Virus record (IMG/VR): IMGVR_UViG_3300047576_000027
Coordinates: 1-64,000 of that record
Length of the DNA: 64,000 nucleotides
Reading direction: 5' to 3' (one strand)
Source: a virus
Taxonomy: Duplodnaviria > Caudoviricetes
The notes under the pieces are model-generated. The model worked only from the letters and a program-made list of their open reading frames with translations, was not told the origin of the DNA and did not search any database. The position numbers and the translations under genes were made by a program. Positions 29,349 through 39,509 of this stretch are shown piece by piece. How positions within the stretch are numbered: the first letter of the stretch is position 1; each line of letters starts with the position of its first letter.

Positions 29349-29816
29349 ATGACACACGAGGAACTACGCAAGACTGCCGTAAAGTGGCTGACGAATACAA
29401 GGCGGTGTTCCGTCGTCTTGTCTGAGATTGTAACAGGAGCCAATGAAACGCCTGATGCAATCGGGTGGCATCGTGGTGGCGCGTTCTCGATTCTCGTTGA
29501 GTGCAAAATCAGCCGGTCAGATTTCTTCCGTAACGATCAAAAATGGTGCTCTCGGGCAGGCAAACTTACTGGAAGTCAGCGGTATTTCATGGTCCCAGAA
29601 GACTTGGTAAGCGAATCGGACATGGGGAAATTTCCGGAATATGGCTTGCTGTCAGTGGGCGCGCATCGCATTTGCGTTTTGGTCGAAGCACCATACCGTG
29701 AGCCAGATATGAGGAACGAGGTGATTATGCTCGTTTCTGCCCTTCGCCGCGTGCGAACGCGGGAGTTTCTGACAATTAATGTCATCGAAGATTGTGATGC
29801 CGAGCCACGCCCGTAG
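29349..29816 (+). CDS. MmcB-like PD-(D/E)XK nuclease
   Basis: E.PDAIGW...ILVECKISRSDF...RYFMVP. Confidence 0.75.
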   Translation: MTHEELRKTAVKWLTNTRRCSVVLSEIVTGANETPDAIGWHRGGAFSILVECKISRSDFFRNDQKWCSRAGKLTGSQRYFMVPEDLVSESDMGKFPEYGLLSVGAHRICVLVEAPYREPDMRNEVIMLVSALRRVRTREFLTINVIEDCDAEPRP

Positions 29817-29824
29817 CCATTGCA

Positions 29825-32800
29825 TCAGTGAATAACCGCTCCCGACCCTATAATCGTCCCCGCGCCGGCTACAGCCCCCCCAACACCGGCAGAAGCCGCA
29901 GCGAGGGTGTAGGCGCCGGAAGCGGGGATGATTCCGTAGATCGAGCCTGAAGCGTCCACAGCCACATTGGTCATGCCACTGACTGCGCCGCCTGGTCCCG
30001 TCAACGTGTAATTGAAACCGCTTATCGCTGTCGGCGTGATGCCTGCGATGAGGATCTGGCCCGCAACTGTGCTCGTCAAACTTGCCGTGGTGTGCGTGGC
30101 CCCTGAGAGCGGGAACGAGACGATCCACGGGCTTGTGCCGCTTGCCTGCCAGCCGGTATGGTTCCCGTCAATTGTCCCAAGCGCCGTGATCGTGGGCAGC
30201 GTCGCGCTGGTGCCAGTGAAAGGCATGTGAACGACTGCCGTGTAACTCTGGGTGTTCGTCGCGTCAAGAGCTCCCGTCCCCGGTCCCCAGTTCAGCAAGA
30301 AGAACCCGAAACTGGTTCCTGATGTAATGTAAACCGGTTGCGGCGTAAGGATTTGGGACAACAGGCCGGTGTTAACTCCAATCGTGTTGGTGCTCGTCAC
30401 TGTGTTTCCGCTCCGTGACGTGTTGGGCGTCTGCGGGTAGTACAGGTACTCGGTTTTCGTCTCGCCGGTTGAGGTCAAATAATCTCGCATTACGATGACA
30501 AAATCCTGCGGATAGGCTGGATTTTTGAAATGGACTAAATGGGTCAGCGCATGAACGACGTTCGCCCCCGAGAGAAATGTTGCCGTCGTGTCGGCCATCC
30601 CGTACGCATGGTTGTTGTCGCCGGTCGCTCGCGGTATCGCGCAGTTCACGACATCCGTGGCGTTTACATTCGATCCGGCAGTCCCGGCAATATCGAGAAA
30701 GTTGGCGTACGGTATCCCGTCGTTGAAGGCAGACGTAGCAGGGTTCGTCAGGTCGCTGGGCAGTCCGGAACCGCCGCTTCCACTGGCGGCGTTTTCTGTG
30801 AGCAGCCAATTCCCCCGAAAAATCCGGTAACTTCCGAACGGCCCCGGCTGACCGCAGTTAACCTGGTGGTCGCAGGATTCGTACGACTGCCCTTGTAAAC
30901 TGACCCAGGTATCGGTTGCGCTGTCAAAGCCGGTGCGGGAAATCATGACATCAGCCTGGGTTCCCGATGATCCGGCATCGGTCACATTCCACGGGAAGGT
31001 CGTGGTGCTGCCGGACAGTGGCGTTTGCGTGAACGCCTGATCCGTGAAGATGAACAGCCATGCCTGCGCCGTGTTGTTCGCGGCTTCCATAACGGCGTTG
31101 GTGAAGCCCAAATTTGTTCCGGGCGTGTTTCCGAAGCCAGTCCCCGGTGCGGCCCACCGATTGTACAACCAGTAGTTTGCATACTGGCCTATCGTGGTCC
31201 CGCTATACCAGTTCGCCAGTTGAGCGAAGCCCTGAAGATTACCCGGCAGGAGTGGAGCCCCGGCAACGCCCGTCTGTCCCCATTGCACCGTAGCTGCCGC
31301 CGAACTGGGAAATGCTGTTACGTAGTGGTATTCCAGCATTCGCTGTGCCCACATGAGAGGACTGCCGAGAAGATTCGGCGGAGATGCGACCGAGTTCTGA
31401 ATCGCCATCGCGTAACCAGCCGGGTACTGAGAAGTGCGCTGAATCCCGTACCCGGAACCGGACTGATGGTAGCCAGTCCAGTATGCTTCGAAATAGGCGA
31501 ACTGCAAAGCGTACCATGAGTTATAAGAATCGGTTACTTCTGGTCCCGAGCGAGCCGATTCATTGGGATCGTCATCGAGCATGGAGAGGAGGATTTCAAT
31601 CACGCCGAACTGGGACGAGTAGTTTAGGTTCTCGGTTCTGTCCAGGCCATCCAACCCGCCGTTCGGAGGATACAGAGTTGATCCGCCACCGTTGTATGTA
31701 AGCGCCTGCGTAATCCACGGCGTATGCTTAATCGCCCACACAACGCCGCACGCGCCTGTCTGGAAGGTTTGCGCGTAGGCGTACAGGTTCTGGTAGCCGG
31801 TGATGTTCCAACTTGAGAATGATCCCGATCCGCTCGTGGCTGTCACCGTCACCGTCATAGACGTGCCGGTATAGCCGTTCGCGGGTATGGTCCCGGTCAT
31901 GAAAATGGCCGAGTTAGAGGCGTCCGTTATTTGTACCGGAGCGCCTTGCTGATAGGGAAGACCTGCCGGGACCGTGAACGTCACATTGCCGGTTCCTATG
32001 GTCATGCTCGTGCTGCTTGTCGTTGGCGTGCCGAATACCTGCACCGTCCCCGCCGCGCCCGATAGCCCAAAGGCGTGCTCCGAATCTATCACGGTTTGGA
32101 TCGATGCGACCAACCGGGACTCGGTGGGCATCATGGTCACCCAATCACCGTCGTTTACAGACGTGCCGAAGACGGCCGATTTTGTGGTGATGTACGGCGC
32201 GTAATAAGTGACCACCAGCGCCGGGTTAGCCGAGAGGTAGTTGCCGGTTGGCAACCCGAGATTTCCAACAGAGAATTGAGTTGAGGAATCTATAGAAGTT
32301 ATCGGGTAAGTGTTGTTGCCGAGGCCGGAACTTGCACCGCCAAACATGTTCACCTGGAGTCCTACCTGAAAGCCGGTGGTCGTCATCCCGGAGATGGTTA
32401 CCTGAATCCTGTTTGGATTGCCCGACAGAACAGCGAGGTTCGCCACCGTCCCGCCCGCGACTGTAAAGGTCGGATTGGAGACGTAGGCCGTCGTTGGTTG
32501 CGTCGTTTCGTTGGTGCAGGATGCCCCGGATGAGCCGCCGATGCCGCCGTACGCTGAGACATCGTTCAGCATCTTGTTCGCGAAATTAGTCCGCTCCGTG
32601 CTGTTTAACTGCGACCAGACCAGTTCATAGGCCATGATCCACTGAGGCATCCAGTAATTCACGCCCCAGTCTGCCAGCCCTGTACCTGGTCCGTTGCCCA
32701 TACAATAACCAAGGGCATCCGGCCCCGTCTCGATACAGACGAGCGCCATTGTCTTTTCGATGTTGTCGATCAGGTACTTTGCGGCTGTGAGGCTGGCCGT

Positions 32801-33109
32801 CTGCGTGTTGTCGCAGTACCAGTTGACGGCAAAGTCGAGCGCCACCGTCCCGTCTGAACTGTTGACCAGGCTCTGCTGAGTCGTGTACGAGCCGATATTG
32901 TTGCTGACGGAGTTCTGCACGGCCACCCATGCCGGGTTGGTGCTGACTCCCTTTGGGCAGGTTCCGGCGCTGTATCCGATCCGCGAGAGGATCGAACTGT
33001 TGAGCATCACTCGCGGGTGCGCCTGAACCGTGTAGCTAGTGCCGTTCAGGCTGACGGTGATCGCACTCAGGGACGGGGCGAGCGCGAGGAAGAGAAGCAA
33101 CTTTTTCAA
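29825..33109 (-). CDS. Large secreted protein, heparinase II/III- or alginate-lyase-like, with an inserted tail-fibre-type module
   Basis: Signal peptide MKKLLLFLALAPSLSA; HPRVML; alpha-helical N-part; ISRTGFD..D..V...DHQ..G.Y.I; insert TSSTSMTIGTG.VTFTV...SWNI. Confidence 0.6.
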   Translation of the reverse strand: MKKLLLFLALAPSLSAITVSLNGTSYTVQAHPRVMLNSSILSRIGYSAGTCPKGVSTNPAWVAVQNSVSNNIGSYTTQQSLVNSSDGTVALDFAVNWYCDNTQTASLTAAKYLIDNIEKTMALVCIETGPDALGYCMGNGPGTGLADWGVNYWMPQWIMAYELVWSQLNSTERTNFANKMLNDVSAYGGIGGSSGASCTNETTQPTTAYVSNPTFTVAGGTVANLAVLSGNPNRIQVTISGMTTTGFQVGLQVNMFGGASSGLGNNTYPITSIDSSTQFSVGNLGLPTGNYLSANPALVVTYYAPYITTKSAVFGTSVNDGDWVTMMPTESRLVASIQTVIDSEHAFGLSGAAGTVQVFGTPTTSSTSMTIGTGNVTFTVPAGLPYQQGAPVQITDASNSAIFMTGTIPANGYTGTSMTVTVTATSGSGSFSSWNITGYQNLYAYAQTFQTGACGVVWAIKHTPWITQALTYNGGGSTLYPPNGGLDGLDRTENLNYSSQFGVIEILLSMLDDDPNESARSGPEVTDSYNSWYALQFAYFEAYWTGYHQSGSGYGIQRTSQYPAGYAMAIQNSVASPPNLLGSPLMWAQRMLEYHYVTAFPSSAAATVQWGQTGVAGAPLLPGNLQGFAQLANWYSGTTIGQYANYWLYNRWAAPGTGFGNTPGTNLGFTNAVMEAANNTAQAWLFIFTDQAFTQTPLSGSTTTFPWNVTDAGSSGTQADVMISRTGFDSATDTWVSLQGQSYESCDHQVNCGQPGPFGSYRIFRGNWLLTENAASGSGGSGLPSDLTNPATSAFNDGIPYANFLDIAGTAGSNVNATDVVNCAIPRATGDNNHAYGMADTTATFLSGANVVHALTHLVHFKNPAYPQDFVIVMRDYLTSTGETKTEYLYYPQTPNTSRSGNTVTSTNTIGVNTGLLSQILTPQPVYITSGTSFGFFLLNWGPGTGALDATNTQSYTAVVHMPFTGTSATLPTITALGTIDGNHTGWQASGTSPWIVSFPLSGATHTTASLTSTVAGQILIAGITPTAISGFNYTLTGPGGAVSGMTNVAVDASGSIYGIIPASGAYTLAAASAGVGGAVAGAGTIIGSGAVIH

Positions 33110-34539
33110 TAGATCACCACCCCGGAACCAATAATCACTCCCGAGCCGACACTCGCGCCGCCGATTGACAGTCCCAAAGCCCCTATATTCGGCGGGTTGG
33201 AAGTGCTAACCCCCGCTATGTAAAGTCCTGCCGCGAGAGCGGGCGAGCCGGGTTGCAGATAAAAGTTTCCAGTTGACGGGCTTACCAGCAGAGGATTGGA
33301 TTCCACCGAATGAGAGCACCCGGTCGAGCCACAGTTTCCGGTCGCAGTTTCCCACGCTGAGTACGTGGAGTAGTATGTTCCGACTCCCCACTCAATGAAA
33401 TTGCTGGCCTGTACGCCGAAGGCATTGTACGTATAAACGTTCCCCGATCCGTCCGCGCCAGGATTCTCGCAACCGTTAGCAACGAGAAGTTGATTATTTG
33501 TATTTGCCTCGCTGATATTGTTTTTAATCAGATTGCTTTCGCAACCACCCGCCGTACTTCCCCCGTTCGGGCCTAGCACCTGTATTCCCGATCCACCGTT
33601 CCCCCATACCGTGTTGTTATAGATTTGATTCCCCGTCATCGAAGTTGCGCCATCTGCATAAGCGACGATTCCGCCTGCCCCGTTTCCATAGCTTATGTTG
33701 TAGTACGAAAGGGCATAGTTGTCTGCGTCAATTGCAATTCCAAAAACGTTGTTGTTGTAGATTGTGTTGAATCTGGTAGTGAACCCGTTGCCGACCGTAT
33801 CTGCCCAAATACCAGACCCGGTTGTGCTTACCTGCCCATTTCCGTTTGAAGCAGAAGTACTGTACTGAACGACCACATTTGTCGATGAAGATCCGGGGTG
33901 TATTTTGATTCCGGCAGCAAAAGCATCATTGCTTGTCGTGACATTGCCAATGGCTGTTGAATGCGTTACGAGTAAATTTGTGGCCTGATAGAACGCCAAG
34001 CCGCTTTCCTGATTCGAAGTCGCAGTATAGCCATTGACAATTACATTGGTGGTTGCGTCACAGCGAAGCCCCTCACCATTGTTGAGAGTTGTGATCCCGT
34101 TAAGGAACGTTACTCCGGTGCCTCCTAGAGAATAGATCCCCTTAGAAGTGGCTGCTGTCGTCTCCAGGCCGATAAAGGAAAGATATGACTGGCCGTTATT
34201 GTAAATCGCATAGATTCTAGTGCCGGACCCGGTTATGACAGGCATCGCACCAGACCCATACGATCCGAATGTGATCGGGTTACCGGATGAGCCACTGGAG
34301 GGGGGGATAAGCTCCTCTGCCCATGTGTCTCCAGACTGAAACAGTATCGAGTCTCCGGGACTAAAGGACTGCGCGTTAACGTGGGCTATAGTCTGCCATG
34401 CAGAGACTGTGCCGGTACAGTTAACTGCCGTCGCGGTCCCCGGATTTGAATCACTACCGGCAGAGGAATCTACACAGTAGGTCGTCGCGGAGAGTCTTAC
34501 TGATAACAGGATGGTTGCAATAATAGCCTGTCTCATCAT
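33106..34539 (-). CDS. Secreted right-handed beta-helix (pectin-lyase-like) protein
   Basis: Signal peptide; TTYCVDSSAGSDSNPGT..WQTI..VN...FSPGD.I.F..G; Asn-rich coils; F.LQPGSPA..AG..PNIGA. Confidence 0.85.
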   Translation of the reverse strand: MMRQAIIATILLSVRLSATTYCVDSSAGSDSNPGTATAVNCTGTVSAWQTIAHVNAQSFSPGDSILFQSGDTWAEELIPPSSGSSGNPITFGSYGSGAMPVITGSGTRIYAIYNNGQSYLSFIGLETTAATSKGIYSLGGTGVTFLNGITTLNNGEGLRCDATTNVIVNGYTATSNQESGLAFYQATNLLVTHSTAIGNVTTSNDAFAAGIKIHPGSSSTNVVVQYSTSASNGNGQVSTTGSGIWADTVGNGFTTRFNTIYNNNVFGIAIDADNYALSYYNISYGNGAGGIVAYADGATSMTGNQIYNNTVWGNGGSGIQVLGPNGGSTAGGCESNLIKNNISEANTNNQLLVANGCENPGADGSGNVYTYNAFGVQASNFIEWGVGTYYSTYSAWETATGNCGSTGCSHSVESNPLLVSPSTGNFYLQPGSPALAAGLYIAGVSTSNPPNIGALGLSIGGASVGSGVIIGSGVVIY

Positions 34540-36266
34540 TGCTGATTCTCCAGGTACACGATGATCTCTACGCTTCCTGCAGTGAACGTGCTGACATTGG
34601 CTCCTACGTTCGTCAGATTGATCTGGATCACCCCCTTGTCAGCAACTTGCGCCTGTGGGGAGTAGTAAGCCTGCGCTGTAGTGGTCGAGGTGAGATCAAC
34701 ATAGTTTCCGGTGCCTGTATAGGTTGTGGCGCTTCCTAGAGAATTGCCAATTGTGGCGTGTGCCGAAGTTAACCCGGAAGCCGCAAAGGCTGTATCGACC
34801 CGGACGGTTATATGGCTTACGACCTGCTTCGGGAAAAGATTCTCAAGAGTCAACGTCTGTGTCAGGCCCGCAGTTGTAAAAGCAAAATACGGGACCGTCA
34901 TCTTGTACGCAAAGGGCTGGCGCATCGCATAGGCGATTCCGTTAGCTACGGTATATGATTCCGCAAGTTGCCCTGCCGTCGTCCAATGGGTTCCAATCCC
35001 GTCGCCCTGATACACATAAGTGGCGTTGGTGTTCGTTCCATACAGAGCCGGGTTGCTGTTCAGGTCGATGACGGAATCAAAACCATTGGTCCCGGCGAGG
35101 AGGTCAGACAGGACCGTTGAGCTGAGGGTCGCTGCGGCCGTTGTCTGCGCCCCGCTGTTTCTGGTTGTGTTCAGGATTGTAGGGACGATGCACTTCGCCT
35201 GTGCGTTTAAATTATGAACGCTAGTGCAGTAGTTCGTGTAAGTGGTCGCAATACTGGCAGCGGAACTGCCGTTGTAAATGTCGTTGGTTCCTCCCTCAAG
35301 AATGACGTTAATGGGACCGGTGTATCGGTTCATTATCGAGGCTACCTGCCCCGCGAAATTAGAGTACATCGTTGCCGCTGTTTCGCCACTAAGACATATG
35401 TTATAAAATGTTGAACCGCCTCCAAGAAGCTGCACCGTTGAAATGTACTCGTAACCAGCGGCCAGATTGTAATAATTCGCAGACGTTCCGTTCGTACCGT
35501 AACCGCAAGCGATGCTGTCTCCGACGAAGATGTTAACCGGTCTGTCGAATGCCAGCCCAGCGCTCTGCGGCAAATCGCCACGAGAGTAAAGGATCTGATT
35601 TGCCGCAAAGTTGTCCTGTGCGATCTGAGCAGCGGTGAGGGCAGTCGTGTATAGACGGACCATTTTAATGGTTCCGTAGAACGGGTAAGTTCCGAAAGCG
35701 CCGCCGATGTACCCCGCCGTGGTCCCGAGTGCTGAAGTGTTGCCATCTGTAATGTATCCACCGGCGGCAAGCCCGTTTATGTACAGTGTTGTCGGAGATC
35801 CAAAGACAACTGCAACTGAGGATGGCCCGACTGTCCTATCAACTGCCTCAGTCGATCCTCCTATGGATGGCGACCCCGCCTGGTATGCTGGAAGCTGAAG
35901 GCCGCTTCCAGTGATCGGATAAACCAGAGCTTCGGCGGTCGTAGAAGAGTTAGAAGCGAACCCGGAGAACGTAGGCGTATACCAGACTTCAATCGTCTGG
36001 ACACCATTCATCGATGGGATGCTCCAGAATCCCGCTCCCCCAACAAAAACAGTCCCCAACGTGTTTGTAGTAGGTGTTCCTCCACCGGACCAGGTGCCAG
36101 CGTTACTATTGCCACTCGAATCTGGCAAGGTAGTGGTGCTGGCATCTACCATATCGTAATAAGCCAACAGCCCAGAGTTTACAAATTGGGCATTCGCCGC
36201 CACCATAGTCGCAGTTTGTCCGTGTGCCGGTATCGCCAAAACGAAAAGAAGAAGTAGTTTTTTCAT
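34536..36266 (-). CDS. Secreted LamG-like + SGNH/GDSL esterase protein
   Basis: Signal peptide MKKLLLLFVLAIPAHG; GLLAYY..DSSGN..FYG.I..VRLY..ALT; FVGDSI, GGTND, D...H. Confidence 0.8.
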   Translation of the reverse strand: MKKLLLLFVLAIPAHGQTATMVAANAQFVNSGLLAYYDMVDASTTTLPDSSGNSNAGTWSGGGTPTTNTLGTVFVGGAGFWSIPSMNGVQTIEVWYTPTFSGFASNSSTTAEALVYPITGSGLQLPAYQAGSPSIGGSTEAVDRTVGPSSVAVVFGSPTTLYINGLAAGGYITDGNTSALGTTAGYIGGAFGTYPFYGTIKMVRLYTTALTAAQIAQDNFAANQILYSRGDLPQSAGLAFDRPVNIFVGDSIACGYGTNGTSANYYNLAAGYEYISTVQLLGGGSTFYNICLSGETAATMYSNFAGQVASIMNRYTGPINVILEGGTNDIYNGSSAASIATTYTNYCTSVHNLNAQAKCIVPTILNTTRNSGAQTTAAATLSSTVLSDLLAGTNGFDSVIDLNSNPALYGTNTNATYVYQGDGIGTHWTTAGQLAESYTVANGIAYAMRQPFAYKMTVPYFAFTTAGLTQTLTLENLFPKQVVSHITVRVDTAFAASGLTSAHATIGNSLGSATTYTGTGNYVDLTSTTTAQAYYSPQAQVADKGVIQINLTNVGANVSTFTAGSVEIIVYLENQQ

Positions 36267-39031
36267 TGTCCTATCACCAGAATTTCACAACTTTCCGCTG
36301 TCATTGAAGCATTCGAGGGCAAAGTCAGCGTCGTAGTACTCGGCGACGGCGGCGGGAAAGATGTGCAGCCGGTTCCGTAAGTCATCAGTGGCACCTGAGC
36401 AAACGGAGTCAGGAAAGCGAACGTCCCTGCCGATCCTGTTTGCGCATAACCGTTGAGAGCGCACGTCACCATCTTCTGTACGCCGTTGAGGCCCATTGAG
36501 CACTGCGCGGTGCCGGATGTGCCGGTGAAGTTAGAGATGAAGGGCATTGGATTGACGCTTGCCGCGCTTGTCGTATACGTGCTCGGTATATCCGTGCTCG
36601 TGGTGCGGACGTAAGGCCCGCACGTTGACCCCAGTTCCAATTGAGCACCCGACATGTAGATCGTCTGGCCAGTAGTTCCGGTCAGTACCTGCCAGCCGCG
36701 TGATCCGTCGCTTAACTGCCCCGTGTAGCAGTACCATGTTGGGGTAGTCGTGAGCGTGTGAGTTTGCCCGTGAGTATCGTCTATGCCGATAGACAGGGAC
36801 TCGCCGCCGACCGCGCCGCGCGCCCGAATAGAAGCTGAGTACGTAAGTCCCGATGTCACTGGCAGAGAATATTCCAGCCAACCCGTGCAGGTGCTACTGG
36901 TGAGAAACTTGAGCGACGTGTAGGTGCCCCAGATGTCCTGGTAGTCTGTGGAATTTGCCGTGTAAGTGCAGGGAGTTCCTGAGAAGTACCCGTACGGAAA
37001 CCACGGGTCAAAATTAAGAGTTCCGGGATCAAACTGGGAGTACGTCAGAAGATTGCTCATGTATCCCTGCCCATATGATCCGTTGGGGGTAACGATTTGT
37101 CCCTGGCTGTTGACAACGAACTGATTCGATAACCCGGCATTGAGCGTGCTTGCCTGAAGCAGATTTATATCCAGCGTCCCCGTGCAGTTGTTCACGCCGG
37201 TGACCGTGTTCTCTATGCAGGAGTTCACTGACGGCGTGCTCACCGTCGTGGCGAACGACTCCCGAATTTTGCTGGACACCACGGCACCGAGGGAGTTTGT
37301 TTCGCCGTCCCCGACGTAGTTTTGTTCCATTGTGCTGGTGTAAAGTTCGACGCCTGCCGTGGACTGCGCAAAGTAGGTTCCGTACGTTGCGGAATTGAAG
37401 TGAACGTCCTTGATATCGATGTCGGCAACTGCCGTTCCGCTTGGCCCGTCGAAATTGATGACCCGGAATCCGCCTTCCTGTGCGACGTTATCGACTTCGG
37501 TCCTGTTGTGCCCGGTGTTGCCGCTCGTGCCCTTGTTCCTGAACGTGATGCCCGTGCCGGCTGATCCGGTGCTCATGTAGCCGTTCAGGTAGTGGTGCTC
37601 CCCATAACTGGAACTTGTCGAAGCGTCAACGATGAGGACGTGACTGGTCGTGGTCATGCTGAAATCGTTGAAATGGAAGCCGTCAACCCAAATGTCAAGG
37701 TTGCTCTCCGCAACTGATGGCAGACCGCCGCCGACGCCGAGATCGTCGTAGCCGGACGTGTACCAGGCGTAGAGAGCGCCGCCGCCGTTGTTGAGATAAA
37801 CACTCGGGTTTTCCCAGTGATCTTCTTCAGAGGCAATCGAGTAAATGGCGGCCACTGAAGCGGTTCCCTCAAAGCTGCAATTCCGGAAGTTGTACTTGCC
37901 CGCGAAACTCGTCGGAGAAGCTGTCGGCCTGCCGAGCAGCAAAATCACCTTCGGATAAATCACCGAAGAAGTTATGGTGGACTCGAAATTCATCTGGTCG
38001 ATATCGACCGTGTAGGCACCGACGAAAGTGAACGCCGCCGGTTGACTACCACCAGTTTGCGGTTCGTAGTCCAGATAGCATCCTGAGCCGTGGCCACGGA
38101 TGTTCATCTTGTTCAGGGCACCAAAATTTACCGGCGAGTGAACCACGTACACGCCTGCGGAAACAGTGCAGGGGAAGTAAAGAGTCTGGCCCTCGGTCAA
38201 AGCGGCAATCGCATCGGCTATGGGGGTATCGTTATTCGTACTCCCGTCCGAGATCGCCCCGAAGTCCTCAACGCTTACGAGTTGTCTCTCCTTCGCCTGA
38301 ACTCCCTGCGGAACCGCCCCGGACCCTGCCGCCGTGAACTTGCCCAGCGGGTAAGTGCCGGTGCTGTCCAGTGTGTTGAGCACTCCAGAGACGTTGCAAA
38401 TGAACTCCGCGCCGGCCGGAACCGTACCCGTACAGGTGCCGTTCGTGAGGCCGAAGATTCCACTCGTACCGCCGAACCACGCGAGTGCTGGAGGTGTTGC
38501 ACCAGTTGCGATAGAGGTTGCCGAGAATGGCTCCGTGGTCGAGACGGCAGTGCCGTTATCGGTGATGCTGGATGCGATTGCGCTGCCTGCGGAATTACCC
38601 TTGAGGACGCTGGCGGTACTGGCTACATTTGCCCCATTGCCAGACAGACAAAAGACACTGCCGATGTATGAGAAGAGGTACGTGGTCCCGGCCACAAGTC
38701 CGCCAGAACCAACGGGCGTGCTGCAATTCGACTGGTCAAGCTGGACGGGACCGAGTCCCGCTACGTTCAGGGTTGAAGTTCCCGTATTCGTGTTGTTGGG
38801 GACGAATGAAACGATCAGGCCGGTCAAAGTCGTCACGGTCGGTGTCGGTGTCGGGCAAGTGTAGGTTGTAGTGCTGGCACCCGCAGAAGAACAAGCGGTG
38901 TTGTTGCCTGATCCAGGAGGGCCAGGCGTTCCCCCGCTGCCCCCCGGCGGGTTAATGATGACCTGTCCAAACGCCAAAGAAGCGAATATCAGCCCGAATG
39001 CGACCTTTCTTGCTCCCACGTTTATTTCCAC
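36263..39031 (-). CDS. Tailspike-like beta-helix protein with signal peptide
   Basis: Signal peptide ..RKVAFGLIFASLAFG-Q; NTGTSTLNVAGLGP; FTAAGSGAVPQGVQAKERQLVSVEDFGAISDG..ND (tailspike neck / Pectate_lyase_3 start); CBM-like YMSGAQLELG. Confidence 0.8.
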   Translation of the reverse strand: MEINVGARKVAFGLIFASLAFGQVIINPPGGSGGTPGPPGSGNNTACSSAGASTTTYTCPTPTPTVTTLTGLIVSFVPNNTNTGTSTLNVAGLGPVQLDQSNCSTPVGSGGLVAGTTYLFSYIGSVFCLSGNGANVASTASVLKGNSAGSAIASSITDNGTAVSTTEPFSATSIATGATPPALAWFGGTSGIFGLTNGTCTGTVPAGAEFICNVSGVLNTLDSTGTYPLGKFTAAGSGAVPQGVQAKERQLVSVEDFGAISDGSTNNDTPIADAIAALTEGQTLYFPCTVSAGVYVVHSPVNFGALNKMNIRGHGSGCYLDYEPQTGGSQPAAFTFVGAYTVDIDQMNFESTITSSVIYPKVILLLGRPTASPTSFAGKYNFRNCSFEGTASVAAIYSIASEEDHWENPSVYLNNGGGALYAWYTSGYDDLGVGGGLPSVAESNLDIWVDGFHFNDFSMTTTSHVLIVDASTSSSYGEHHYLNGYMSTGSAGTGITFRNKGTSGNTGHNRTEVDNVAQEGGFRVINFDGPSGTAVADIDIKDVHFNSATYGTYFAQSTAGVELYTSTMEQNYVGDGETNSLGAVVSSKIRESFATTVSTPSVNSCIENTVTGVNNCTGTLDINLLQASTLNAGLSNQFVVNSQGQIVTPNGSYGQGYMSNLLTYSQFDPGTLNFDPWFPYGYFSGTPCTYTANSTDYQDIWGTYTSLKFLTSSTCTGWLEYSLPVTSGLTYSASIRARGAVGGESLSIGIDDTHGQTHTLTTTPTWYCYTGQLSDGSRGWQVLTGTTGQTIYMSGAQLELGSTCGPYVRTTSTDIPSTYTTSAASVNPMPFISNFTGTSGTAQCSMGLNGVQKMVTCALNGYAQTGSAGTFAFLTPFAQVPLMTYGTGCTSFPPPSPSTTTLTLPSNASMTAESCEILVIGQ

Positions 39032-39411
39032 GTGAACGACACCCCGTCTCCGCTGTTTGTGGCGTCAATGTAAATCTGCCCGAGGTTCCACGACTGCGCA
39101 TTCCCAATCGGATTGCAGGCGTAGGAAGCTCCCGGCTGCCCTGCGGTGAGGGGTGGCCCGAGTGGCGTCCCTTTCTTGTTTGCCGCTGATACCCCGCTGT
39201 CGAAGCCGATCCATATCGTTCCCGAATTTGTAGAGTTCGCGGTGATCGTGCATACCGTTGCCATCGTCGGCGGATTGGTGACGTAAAGTTGAACCGGAAC
39301 GCCAGACGTGGTAACGGTGGTCGATCCCTGGTGAACAGCCTGAGCGAAAAGGGAGGCAACGAAAAGGGCCAAAACGCAGAAGGATCGGGCGCGATACATG
39401 GCACGGTACAT
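39022..39411 (-). CDS. Small secreted beta-sandwich protein
   Basis: Signal peptide ..FCVLALFVASLFA-Q; NSGTIWIG, GTPL, NLGQIYID..GDGVSF. Confidence 0.7.
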   Translation of the reverse strand: MYRAMYRARSFCVLALFVASLFAQAVHQGSTTVTTSGVPVQLYVTNPPTMATVCTITANSTNSGTIWIGFDSGVSAANKKGTPLGPPLTAGQPGASYACNPIGNAQSWNLGQIYIDATNSGDGVSFTWK

Positions 39412-39417
39412 GAATGT

Positions 39418-39480
39418 ATTGTATATCGTTGAAACTAAACGATAATTAAACTTGTAATCGGGAATTGAAACTGTTAAAAT
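39418..39480. promoter_or_regulatory. Divergent promoter region with possible operator
   Basis: - strand: TACAAT 6 nt before ATG 39411. + strand: TTGTAA-17-TAAAAT. Inverted TATCGTT/AACGATA and direct TTGAAACT x2. Confidence 0.6.
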
Positions 39481-39509
39481 TTTTGATGTGAGTACATCAG
39501 CATAACTCT

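Larger units (their letters stand above)
22532..29816 (+). other. Hyperplastic array of about 20 short ORFs sharing repeated modules and boundary sequences
   Basis: Multiple 15-154 bp direct repeats at ORF starts, ends and junctions (see findings). Confidence 0.8.
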
